Shown here: piece by piece, positions 36,170-46,946 of the stretch
Position numbering within the stretch: position 1 is the stretch's first letter
Layout of the letters: every line of letters begins with the position of its first letter
NCBI GenBank assembly: GCA_008632985.1
Contig: QPGO01000350.1
Coordinates: 1 to 46,946 of the forward strand
Direction: 5' to 3'
Length of the DNA stretch: 46,946 nucleotides
Source: Psammoneis japonica
Lineage: Eukaryota
The notes under the pieces: generated by a model
Databases searched by the model: none
Told to the model about the DNA's origin: nothing
What the model saw: only the letters and a program-made list of their open reading frames with translations
Translations under genes and position numbers: made by a program

Positions 36170-38427
36170 GGACTGGCGGACAACGCCACAGAGCTCGCAT
36201 CGTCAAGGCCATCGAAGACCACGAATGGAAAGTGAACGGCAATCCCGAGCTCACCAAGTTCGTCTGCTCTGTCAACAACGACGAATGCGAGGAAGTCCTT
36301 GCCTGCAACGACATCATGAATCACATTGAGCAAGAAGACGAAGACACTGCTGTTTGGAAATTCCGATGCATCGTGTCACACGAAGGACCTCTGAAGCCTC
36401 ATGACCCAACCTGGAAAGGCTCAAGCTGCAACATCATGCTTGAATGGGAAAGTGGGGAGATCACGTCCGAGCCTCTTGCCATCATCGCCAAGGACGACCC
36501 CGTCACCTGCGCCGTCTGTGCACGAGAGAACGGACTTCTCGACACGGATGGCTGGAAGCAGTTCCGCACCATCGCGAGGCGCCAAAAGAAGCCATTTTGC
36601 ATGGCCAACCAAGCCAAGCTTCGCTCCTTCCGCACTGCACCTCGCTGCAAGTGCGGATGCGAAGTTCCCCGGAACTGCAAACACGCCATGTCACTAGACG
36701 AGCGCAATGGCAACCGCAAATGGGGAGACGCAACTAATCTCAAGATGGACCAACTCGAGGAATGCGAAGTCTTCCATGACTGCGGGCCCTTCGAGTCTTC
36801 CACTCCTCCTGAGGGACACAAGAAGATCCGAGTGCACCTGGTGCATGACGTGAAACACGACGGTCGCCACAAGGCACGACTCGCAGCCGATGGGCACCTC
36901 ACGGACGTACCTGTCGACAGTGTCCACTCCGGAGCAGTCTCCCTCCGTGGCCTTCGGCTGATGATTTTCCTGGCTGAACTCAACGAGTTGGAGACATGGG
37001 CCACCGACATTGGCAATGCCTGCCTTGAAGCCACCACCAAGGAGAAGCTCTACATTGCAGCCGGACCCGAATTTGGCAAACTCAAAGGACACATCCTTGT
37101 CATCCACAAGGCCCTGTGTGGACTGCGCAGCTCCGGTCTCCGCTGGCACGAGCGCTTCGCCGACTGCCTGCAAGCTGAAGGCTTCTTCCCCTGCCACGCC
37201 GAACCCGACATTTGGATGCGCAGGAACGGCGACCACTGTGAACACATTGCCGTTTGTGTGGATGACCTCGCCATTGCTGTGAAGGACCCTCAATCTTTCG
37301 TCGATGCTCTCACGGAAAAGTGCAAGTTCAAGCTCAAGGGTGCGGGACCCATTGAGTTCCATCTGGGTTGCGACTTTTCCCGGGATCCCGACGGCACCTT
37401 GTGCCTGTCTCCGCGCAAGTACATCGAGCGCATGGTCGACAGCTGCACCCAACTGTTTGGGGAGAAACCCACCACCAACGCCCTGTCACCTCTGGAGAAG
37501 GGCGACCACCCCGAACTGGACACTTCCGAACTGCTGGAGCCCGATGGCATTCACAAGTTCCAGTCCCTTGTTGGTTCACTCCAATGGGCAGTGTCTCTTG
37601 GTCGAATTGACATCACCACGGCCGTCATGTCACTCTCTAGCTTCCGAGCTGCGCCCCGTCAAGGCCACTTGGATCGTGCCAAACGCGTCTGTGGGCACCT
37701 CTCCAAGATGCGACACGGCGCTCTCCGCGTTCGCATGGAAGAGCCTGACCATTCGGATCTCCCTGCTCCGGCCTGTGAATGGATGCATTCTGTGTGCGGC
37801 GAAGCAGAAGAGATGATCCCGAAGGACGCTCCACTGCCCCTTGGCAAGTTCGTCACTGCCACCCACTACGTCGATGCAAACTTGCACCATTGCATGCTCA
37901 CCGGATGCTCTGTCATGGGAATGCTCCACTTCCTCAACAAATTCCCGGCTGATTGGTTCTCTAAGAAGCAAGCCACCATGGAGACTGCGACCTGCGGGTC
38001 TGAATTTGTTGCCGCAAGGACTTGTGTCGAGCAGATTGTTGACCTGCGCATCACCCTGCGCTGCCTTGGCGTCCCGATCCGCAATGTCAGTTACATGTTC
38101 GGTGACAACAAGTCGGTTGTAGACAGTGCCACCATCCCGCACTCCAAGTTACACAAGCGACACACCGCACTGTCGTTCCACCATGTGCGTGAGGCAATCG
38201 CCTCTGGTTGCCTTGAGTTCCACTTCATCGAAGGCTCCCGCAACCCTGCTGACATTCTCAGCAAGCATTGGGGTTGCTCCCAAATCTGGGACCTTCTCCG
38301 CCCCCTCATGTTCTGGAACTTCATTCCATCCGAAGTCGAATCTGTTTCTGTGACTCCTCAAGCAAACTGGGGAGTGACAGGATTTGAACAGGATTTGGGT
38401 GCGCGCGAAATGTCGCGCGTTGTTTAG
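36170..38427 (+). mobile_element. Ty1/Copia (CoDi-like) pol fragment: RT (RVT_2) plus RNase H, with conserved Tyr converted to Cys/His; likely inactive
   Basis: KIRVHLVHDVKHDGRHKARL, WATDIGNACLEA, KALCGLRSSG, IAVCVDDL, FHLGCDF, DWFSKKQATMETATCGSEF, MFGDNKSVV, NPADILSKHWG. Possible PPT GGGGAG followed by TG at 38369-38376. No gag or integrase core was seen. Confidence 0.93.
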
Positions 38428-40494
38428 TTTACCGCGCACAGTTTTGTGTGCTTTAGTTCCGCGCGTTCGCGCACGATGTAGTTTGCTTTCGAGCCACAAG
38501 GCACAAGAATGACAACAGCAGCCCGATTGTGCCGACTCACACGTCTTTCGGCTCCTGCAACGGTCTCTGAGCAGAGACTCATCTGCCATTTAGACAGCAG
38601 CAAGGAGTTGTTGTTTGAATTCTTGCCATTTGCTTTCAATTTCCATCACAAGCTCTGGCACAGATGTCACCTTTCTCGAATGGTGCAATCACGGTTCTTC
38701 TTGCCTGCCCATTTCAACTGCTTCTCTCATTGATGTGCCTTTGTTTTGTCATCATGACCAATCTCATGCATTGGAAGGAAGAGGCAGCTGGCATTGAGCC
38801 CTTTTGGCTCGTGTTTGCCAATCAATTTTTTTCAGCATTTTTCTTTTTCCTCATGGGCGAAGTTCCAGGACAAGTTTCAGCGCAAATTCCACATGTTTGT
38901 GAGAGTCACATCAGATGGTCAACTTGCCAAACTGTCAGCTGCTTTCTGTCCACACCTCTCAGGCTGCAATGTGCACAATGCAGATCATTGCAGCATTGTC
39001 AACAATGCCCAACATTGTCAAGAGAATGACTGTTGACTTCGGCGCACAAAATTAAATTCGCCGAATGCATCGAACATGAGGCCACGAATTCTGTCAAAGT
39101 GCCACTTAAAAACCGAGCTCCCAAAAGATTGGCCAGTTCTGAAAGTGATGGCCAGAATGTCCAATGATTGAAAATGATCATCTTGATTGTTGCGTGCCCC
39201 ACTTTTGTGGGTTCCCCCAGATTTTCGGCACTCCAAAACAAAATCACGTGAATCAATTGTTGCTCACATCTGAAAATGCTCCATTCAACACATTTGTGAT
39301 GTGAGCAAGCAAATTTCTGCCGATGGAGATTTGCTCAAGTCTGGTGGTTGAAGGGTCAAGTTTTCTGCCTCGTGTGGCGAACAATCATCCTCCATTGTTG
39401 CTGCTCCCAGAAGTCTGAATTTGAGACTGGCTCAGCCCGGGTTGTTGGTCATTGCTTTGTGTCGTGCTCTTTCTCATGTCGAAACATTTCCAGACTGCCT
39501 GTTGTGCCTTTGCAATTGCAGCATCAAGCGATTTCACTTTGATGTCATTTTGCTGGTCCTGTTTTTGCTGCTGCCAGCTGTTTCCGGCGGGTGCCGCAGA
39601 AATGTGGCATCAATCTCGACTCATTGTCACATGTCCCTGCTGCATTACATTGATGCACTGGGAGTGTGGGCCAGCTTGTTGCTGGAATTGTAGAGCGGAA
39701 GCGAAACAGCACTTTACATTGTGTTTTATCTTGCCGGAAACAGAAGCAAGATGACATTTCAACATTGACCGTGTGTGTGCATTGACCGTGCGTGTGTCCT
39801 GACGAGCGCATCTTCCGGATTCGCGATCCCGAATCCCGATTCTTCCCAATGACTCCAGACTCCATTGCTGATCCAGATTGGCAGATCGGAGAAACATTCA
39901 AATTCACCATTCTTGTAAAGGAGGAGCCGCAATGCTTTGCTTTGATTTCAGTGGCAAAGCTGCAATTGTTATGATCTCCTTTGCCTCACAGAATGCTCTC
40001 TATTTCTTCTTCACATTCAGTTGTATTCTCGTTTTCCGTGACACCCACTCGGTTCCATCACACATGTTCCCTTTTGCTTTTGCCACTGTTGCACGTCCTT
40101 TCTCTCTAGAGGGAGATGGAGTATCTAGTTGATGCCGTGTGAACCCTAGCGTATCATGAAGGTGTCACTTGTTGTCCCTTACACCTCAATACATTCATCG
40201 CTTTTGAAACGACAACACTGACATGATGCATTGTGTGCCGGCCTTTTGCACTCGACAAACAGGTACGGATGCTGCGGTTCCTGGTGCTCTGAATAGTTTC
40301 CTGGATGAGGCGGAGCTGGAGATGCATCTCTGGACCACTGGACAGTGTTGTGGTCCCCTATAGCAAAGCGAGTTTTGCAAATTCACGCTGGCTGACGCGG
40401 TCTAAAAAAGGCAAAGTTCAGTAGGCTGACGCAGTAGCGTTTCATAACATCCTTCAGAGGCTTCTTATAATATGAAGATAAATTCTGGTCTCGT

Positions 40495-41147
40495 CTATTC
40501 GTCTTTCTTGTCTTTCTTATGAGGCGCCATTCCCGGAGCTAGCTTGAGGTTAAATTGATTCATTCCGTAGTAACCAATAAAGATCATTAACGTAGCAAAC
40601 TGAAGTATAATGAAACGAGAAGAAACAAGTAAGAAAGACGCCAATGGATCGATACACAAACTTTCATAAGTGCCAGAGTGTTTGACACCGCACTCACCTG
40701 AGCCCCTACCCGAGCACGCATCATGCGCTGAGACCTCATGGCATCACGCTGGTAGAAAGAGCGAATACCAGAGCCCAAGAAGTATGCTGTGACAAAGCAA
40801 CCGATCGGAATAAGCGGTTCTTGCTTAAACTGATGGAAACGAGAGAAGAATACGACAGAAACAAATATTTAGCAATTAGCAATGGTTAGAGAGGAGATAG
40901 CAGCGCGAACGCAACAACTCAATCTCGCCGCTGAGATTTATTCACATGCCACACCGACCTTACGATAAAGCTTTTCATCAAACGTTTCGACTCTTTGCAT
41001 TCGCGGCGGAGGCAAGCGTGGGATTGTTGGTGACATGGGAGCAACGGGATCCTCTTCCTGCTGCTGTTCAAACGAAGGGTCTGGAACTGATGGGTCCATG
41101 CTTGTGCGCCGAATCGAGGCAATACTCTGGCTATGAGCGGCACCCAT
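40495..41147 (-). CDS. HIG1-domain (Rcf1/HIGD2-like) mitochondrial membrane protein; exons 41147-40959, 40829-40698, 40599-40495 (141 aa)
   Basis: Spliced reading ETFDEKLYRK|FKQEPLIPIGCFVTAYFLGSGIRSFYQRDAMRSQRMMRARVGAQ|FATLMIF. Both GT-AG introns are phase 0. Confidence 0.88.
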
Positions 41148-41440
41148 TTTAAATCACAATGTTGCGTTTCTTTTTAAACAAAAGACTTCAAAACAAGGGC
41201 AGCGAAGGCGGGATGCTTCCTATGTTACTTGCACTGCGAGTGACGACGGTAATGAGGCATGCGATGGTGATGAGTGAGGTGGTGCGTGGTGAATGACAGT
41301 ATGTTGTATTCCGCGTTCCCGCGGTCTGTGCGCGGCGGTGGCCCCGCTTCCGGGCGTGGCGCGAAGCGAGATGAAAGCAACCAAACGCGCACGGCGCCAC
41401 AACTTCTCACATGGCGCCCTTCATCTCGCTCGAAAAGCCT

Positions 41441-41443
<3 letters not shown>

Positions 41444-41474
<31 letters not shown>
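41444..41474. repeat. (CT)15 microsatellite at the edge of a TpA-depleted block
   Basis: Perfect CT run. Confidence 0.95.
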
Positions 41475-41476
<2 letters not shown>

Positions 41477-41479
41477 ACC

Positions 41480-43920
41480 CTCCAGAGATCCAGTTCTGAG
41501 AGCAGAGTTTGTCAACATGGGTTCCATCCATTTTCACGGACTTGAACAGAGGAAACCCACTGGCACTCACGACCACACAGTGCACGCTGTGTTCACCAAC
41601 AAGAACAACAAAAAGAAAGCATGTTGCTCTGCACAAAAGCACGCCCAAAGGCAGTCGACCACACCAGCTTTGTTGGGCAATGTGTGTGCAGCTGCAATGT
41701 CAACAATTCCCATGAAACCTTTGGCACAAAAAGTCAAATGAGAAATTCTGCCCTCCCACTCGGTGCGCACCCAATGTGCAGGAAACACTGTGGGCTGCAC
41801 TTTCCCAAGATGCTGGGTTTCAATGCCAGACCACATGCACCACAGACTTTGCAGCTTGCTCACACTGAAAAGAACAGCTTCCACCACCGGAGCTGTGCTG
41901 CCATTTGGCACTTGTCATGCTGGAAGTTTTGCCAAATTTGCCTGACTGGAGCACCTCTTGTTTTGAGCATGACAGGATGCTCAGAGCTGTGTGGGTGTGT
42001 GCTGTGTGCAGTGTGCGGTGCGACAGGTCTGACTCTGTGCAAAAAGCTTCTCCTTGATGCAACTTCAGTGTGGCGGTGCACAAGGTGTTGATTGATGGCA
42101 ACTTGGCACTCTGTGCAAGAAACAGCTTTAAAGCTGACAGCTTTTTCTGTTGCCAGCACCCCTGTCCTTGTCTGGAAGTTTCATGAGTGCAGAGCTTCCT
42201 GTCAGTGTGGTGTGCTGCTGCTGGCTCTCCCATTGTGATGAAAACTTCAGAAATGAAGTGACAAGAGGGGTGAAGCCAGGGATTCCTTTGAATTGGCATG
42301 CTTGGAGCTGTTGCACTTTGGCTTGAATCTGCTGCCAAAACAAGACTGTTCAAAAGTTTGAGAGCTGTGGGCTGCAGTGCTTGTTGTCAACATTGGTGCT
42401 GGCTGGTGTCACCAAATGTGGACAATGAGGTGCAGAGCATTGCACATGGGACAGTTTGTGCTTGTTGTGTTCTCATCTGTTTGGCCTTGCAGCACGCGCA
42501 ACACTCATGACAACCATGGTGCCAACTGTGGCATGGCTTGCCCGTGGACTCCACAGAAAATGAGAAAACATTTGTGCATGGCTTGGCACAGCAATGAATG
42601 ATTGCAACTCAGCTTGTTCTCCTTTTTTGACAACACTCAGATTTGTTGCCACAGAAGCAAACAAGTTGCCACCAGGTCAAAGACCAGCACTTGCTTCAAA
42701 AATGCAAAGAAGCCTTTCTTTTGTGCACAGGGAGGTTGTTGACAGCACTGGCAGACACTGTGTTTGCAGGCTGTGACTCAAGGAAATGCCAGAAAGTGAA
42801 GACAGCAAGTCTTTTTTAAACACCCAAAGCTGCAGCTGGGGCATGTCTGAAAATGAACCATCTGAGAGTGAAGGCACAACAGAGATCACTGGTGGAGAGA
42901 CATCTCCAGCAAATGAGCGCTGAGGAAAATGCAACATGAGAGAAGTCTGCAACAGTCTCTTTTGGGCAGGAACTTTGGGCTCACCATCTCACTGAGCTGA
43001 CACTTTGGTCTGAGCTGCACGCTCCTGGCAGCAGGCAAGGCAGGCCAACACCACAACATGACCCAGCACAGATGACAAAGGTCAAACAAGCACTGCAGAG
43101 AGGATCTGTGAGAAATGCCAGAAATGCATGCTTGCCTCAGCAAGAGGCAGGCAAGAAGCTGCCTTCTGTGCATCTGGGGGCAACAAGAACTTTGGTGCAG
43201 TGGGCAGATCCCCAAGGTGTGAAACAAAAAGCAAAATTTCTTCAAGCACTTTCTTGTCAGAGCCTGTCTGCACAAGTGAAAAACAGAAAATGAGAATCAA
43301 GGGCATGTGTGAGACACTCACTCATTCCTCACAATTGCCACACCAGTGCAGGGCAAAAACCAATTGCAACACCTCCAATTGGGCACTGTGCAGCACCAGA
43401 AGCAGCTTTCTTCCTCCAAATCTTTTGCTCCACTCTGTCAAAACTTTGCCTCCTTGGCAATGCCAACAGCCAGTTCCAGACAAACCTCATCCACTGCAGC
43501 CTTGCCATCTTTGGCAGCAATCAATTCTGTTTGTTTTGTTCCAGTGTCTTTCACAAGCAGGCTGTGGAATCAGTGTGTGAAAATTTGAAGAGAGAGCACA
43601 TTGGGCAAAAAGCAACTGGGGAGGTGAAACGCCAATTGCGCACTGCGGTCATCAGTGAATTTGATCAAACTTGGCCCCAACAAGGCATGGTGCGGTCTCA
43701 CAATGAAAGTGAAGAAGCAGGTGTCACGAGGTGATTCGAATGGCAGATTCATTGTTTTGGTTTTCAAATGGCTGCACCCATGTTGCCGCAAAGTGTGGAC
43801 ACCTCATGCAATGTTGGAATTCATCGAACGACTTGTTGGAGAGTTTGAGTGAGATCAAGGAAGCAACTGTCCTGTCTTGCACCAGTTCCACCAATCAAAT
43901 GGCGAATGGGCCACAATGGG
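41480..43920. mobile_element. Degenerate TpA-depleted repeat block of unidentified family
   Basis: Almost no TA until ~43927, with Cys/His-rich spurious ORFs. No recognisable motif. Confidence 0.5.
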
Positions 43921-44175
43921 CGGACTCTAGTGTCTTGGATGTACTGCCAGTTGATTGTTGTGCACTTGTTGTACGGTACTCTAGCTTCGGTAGGACAAGG
44001 AAACTCATTAGGGAAAGCGGTGGACGTCACTGCCCTCAGCAGTGTAAAAGTAAGCTACAGTATCTTCTAGCTAGGTAATTAGATAAGTTGCTACCAATGA
44101 ATGCTAAACAATTATAGACGAACGGCTTGGTAGCCACAAGTCGTTACCCCGGTTAGTGCATTACACTAGAAGCAA

Positions 44176-45090
44176 CTAAGCTCGGGCCCTAATTTGAACC
44201 GACACTGCAACTGTTCCGGCCACACTTTTCACTGCATGATAGCAGTCTTGCGGAATGAGCAGTCCTTCTCCGGCTTTCAGCACAACAGTTGCCCATTTTG
44301 CACCTCCGTCATTTTCATTCGAAAAGGGATCTACAGACTGGAGTAGTGAGCGATGCTGATAATCGCCCACTGCGTCGGCTTGGTGCTGCGATTTCAAGTT
44401 CTTAGACAGGTGACGAGCGAGAATCTTCACGGTTTTCTTGCCGCGAAGCACATACAAAAAGGACGGATCTGCATCAGAGTGGGTGACACACTGCCCTGCC
44501 TTGACATTCACAAAAACTATTGCAGGGTTCTCAGCAGATGACTTAATTTGCAAAAGCGATGGAAGGTAGGGTGAGGCGTGTTTCATTGCTTTCCATTCTG
44601 AGCCAAAAAGGACGTCCAAGAAAGTGTCGTTCACATGAGGGGCAAAGTAGCCTTCCTCCTCCAATTTGCCTTCTCCCTGAAGCCATTCTTTTGCCCCGTC
44701 TTTCCGATTGCGGTGATAATTCGCATCAGAGTAATGAGCGAGAAACTTCTCGGCTATCTTTTTGCGATGATCTTTCAACTGAGGAGGAGGGTCGCGGAAC
44801 TTAGAAATTGGACTCATTTTGCCCCTGTCCATTTCTTTCCAGGAAACTTCAGCTACCACTGTGCGAGAAGATCGTAGTCCCATCTTGCACTTCCCCCTCT
44901 TGACTTGCGTTGTTACGAGACCATCGTCGTCTAGTCCCGATGAGTTGTGAGGAGCAATATCTGACACCATGCGTTTGCGCTTTCGAGAAACCTTAGCCGG
45001 CCGCTTTGCATAAGAGGAAGAATGACATTCATGAGTGACAGAAGTCATGAATGGGTTCCTGTCCGGTATAATGCTGAATGAAGACCCCAT
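44176..45090 (-). CDS. JmjC/Cupin_8-like 2OG-Fe(II) oxygenase domain protein
   Basis: VTHSD (HxD)...FLYVLRGKKTV...VVLKAGEGLLIP..CYHAVKS..TVAVS; basic N-terminal region; 304-aa single ORF. Confidence 0.7.
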   Translation of the reverse strand: MGSSFSIIPDRNPFMTSVTHECHSSSYAKRPAKVSRKRKRMVSDIAPHNSSGLDDDGLVTTQVKRGKCKMGLRSSRTVVAEVSWKEMDRGKMSPISKFRDPPPQLKDHRKKIAEKFLAHYSDANYHRNRKDGAKEWLQGEGKLEEEGYFAPHVNDTFLDVLFGSEWKAMKHASPYLPSLLQIKSSAENPAIVFVNVKAGQCVTHSDADPSFLYVLRGKKTVKILARHLSKNLKSQHQADAVGDYQHRSLLQSVDPFSNENDGGAKWATVVLKAGEGLLIPQDCYHAVKSVAGTVAVSVQIRARA

Positions 45091-45683
45091 TGTGTTGATC
45101 AGGGTGTTGATTGGAACGTGAAAACTCCGATTTATTTTTGGTCGTTGTTGTTGTTTTTTCTGTGTGTTTGAAAAGAGAAAAATCCTCTAACGGCAATCAA
45201 TAGTACTTCATTCATTTCTTTATTTGATCATTTTTCGTCCGTTGGGATATCGCCTGTGCTCGCCCGCTGGGCTTCTCTGTTCAGTCGAGTGGGTCAGTAC
45301 TCATCACCGCTCATCACATTTTTTGGAATACGGTGCAATACATTGTAAGCTTCAAACTCGTTAGCGTCCAGAAAAACTGCCAAGTTGTGAACAGAGTAAT
45401 TGGAGACTGGTCCAGAAACATGATGATAGCTCTTGCATGTACAGCATTCGTTCGTTGGCTTATTCTCGATATCCCCCATCGAACAACAGAGAAAATATGA
45501 TGACAAGTACATGATGCAATACCAACAACTCGCCTCACTAAGCAGAAGCAGGAGACGTTAAGAAGTTGTCTCTTTTCGGGGAGGATAGTGTTTTTCACCA
45601 CATGTCAATACAGCGCAGTACCCAGAGGTCTCCCCCCAACCAACAAAACGGCGTAGGGTGGTGTCCGGCCACCGGATCTATAT

Positions 45684-46751
45684 TCAGTTAATCCTCGTTT
45701 CCTTGCCAAGCACAGCATGACAACTCAACGTCGCTGGTAGCATTACAGTTGTAACTTTTTCAATCATTCTCTGAAGAGAGGCCTGTTGTGGGTCTTCTTC
45801 TGCAAGTCTCCATGCCCTCACGTCGTTTGGTAGTCCCACCTTCTGCAAGTCTTGCCAAGCACATTCTCTCCACAAGACATCTCTGTATATTCCTTGTTCT
45901 AAAAAATCCACCATGACTCGTACATCCCGTATCCGAATGACAACTCCATCAACTCGTACAAACAAGCGTTGCAAGACAAAAATACAGTTTGGCATGACAC
46001 GAATTTTTACACAAAGTGATACTTGGCCATTGTCGTGTAGGTCGTCTTCGTAAAGTACCAAGGAATCAAAAAACAAAATTGGAACAGAACGATCTTGTAA
46101 TTTTGAAACATCAATACCAGATTCCGTAAGAGGTATCCAGATATCATGAGGTTTTTGTTGTTTGTCGGAGGAGCTACTACTACTACGGCAAGAAGTGTGT
46201 TCGCAGGCATGCGGAGTGCTAAAGGTCCAATCATAGTGAAAGACATTGTCACGGTTCCCAACAATTTCACTTGCATTTTTTGACATCCACAATTCAGCAT
46301 CGCACGTCTTTAATACATTGACGCCGTTATCAACGTATTCTTTGTTCTTGTCGTCGTCGTCATCGCATAACGAAATCTGCGCATGCGCCTGTGCCCAAGC
46401 CTCGAGCGGTTGATACGCATCCAATACAAGCAGTAGTGTTTTGTTCTTACGTTCCATCGATACTTGTGCCTGAGAAAATACCATTTCTGGTAAACATAAT
46501 CTTCTTTGTTGTTGTTGTTGTGAAGCAGTAGTGCCTCGAAACTGTGATTGATGTTCCAACGCATCGGTCCATGCCGTCATGGTTTCTTCGTTTGCAATCG
46601 ACCCCTGATTGGTACGAATGCTCCAACCTCCAATTTCAATACCAACAACAACCACCGATTCATCGTCTTTCTCTTGAATAACAATAGGAGAAGCATCATG
46701 TTGCTTCAATGTTTGTAATGATGCAATGTGCCGTCTTTTCAAAGACGTCAT
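45684..46751 (-). CDS. TIP41: TIP41-like PP2A regulator
   Basis: LPEMVF, YDWTFST, ILFFDSLVLYEDDLHDNG, VKIRVMP..FVLQRLFVRVDGV.IR.RD. Confidence 0.92.
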   Translation of the reverse strand: MTSLKRRHIASLQTLKQHDASPIVIQEKDDESVVVVGIEIGGWSIRTNQGSIANEETMTAWTDALEHQSQFRGTTASQQQQQRRLCLPEMVFSQAQVSMERKNKTLLLVLDAYQPLEAWAQAHAQISLCDDDDDKNKEYVDNGVNVLKTCDAELWMSKNASEIVGNRDNVFHYDWTFSTPHACEHTSCRSSSSSSDKQQKPHDIWIPLTESGIDVSKLQDRSVPILFFDSLVLYEDDLHDNGQVSLCVKIRVMPNCIFVLQRLFVRVDGVVIRIRDVRVMVDFLEQGIYRDVLWRECAWQDLQKVGLPNDVRAWRLAEEDPQQASLQRMIEKVTTVMLPATLSCHAVLGKETRIN

Positions 46752-46946
46752 GGTGCGTTTTTGTTGTTGCTTTGTGCGTTTTTATTCAGCATGTGCGGGC
46801 ACGCGACGGTGCGGGCCGTCAGAAACCGCGCGACTGATGCGCGGACGATCCCGTCTGACCGTGGCCAGGAGAATAATCGACTACTCGTCCGAATTTTTCA
46901 TTTTTCTGCTTTCGATTTTGTGTTCACCGCCATGGCGGCCTGCGGT

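Noticed and set aside
35599..36170. N-terminal 190 aa of the 942-aa ORF as real gag/integrase
   Set aside because: It is Cys/His-rich with no Copia motifs and resembles ~33000-33170 on the opposite strand; it is open only because stops were erased.
36170..38427. Alternative genetic code (TGY/CAY read as Tyr)
   Set aside because: Host genes in the window use TAY for Tyr normally, and non-coding repeats show the same TA loss.
22280..38427. ADAR-type A-to-I editing of retrotransposon RNA as the sole cause
   Set aside because: It would give A->G on one strand only. Here both TA->TG and TA->CA occur, and a MITE and a tRNA fragment are hit.
1650..43920. Classical RIP or simple CpG decay
   Set aside because: RIP creates TpA and stops. 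CpG decay cannot turn Tyr into Cys/His, and the Copia retains its CpGs.
44176..45090. JmjC/cupin gene as the mutator enzyme
   Set aside because: Adjacency is the only link; eukaryotic neighbourhood is weak evidence and there is no deaminase motif.

Overview
Eukaryotic genomic DNA, most likely a diatom (short GT-AG introns, CoDi-like Copia, Ambal-like LINE, DHAR with a signal/plastid-type presequence). Intact host genes are a class-3 lipase (5'-partial), DHAR/GST, a secreted metzincin-EGF-beta-helix protein, a HIG1/Rcf1 protein, a JmjC/cupin protein, TIP41, tRNA-Pro(CGG) and tRNA-Leu(TAA). They alternate with about 30 kb of nested, degenerate transposon DNA. The main signal is that the repeat blocks (~1.65-7.05, 8.4-12.4, 19.3-34.8, 35.15-40.0, 41.5-43.9 kb) are almost free of the dinucleotide TpA, which has become TpG or CpA. 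Conserved Tyr codons of the Copia and LINE proteins now read Cys or His (RT YVDD -> CVDD). Paired copies inside the window (a MITE, a tandem unit, a tRNA-Leu fragment) give the direction as TA->TG/CA. Host genes and functional tRNAs are untouched. This looks like a repeat-targeted, DNA-level, double-stranded A:T->G:C hypermutation system, the reverse of fungal RIP, acting ahead of ordinary CpG decay. All counts and alignments were made by eye; no database searches were run.
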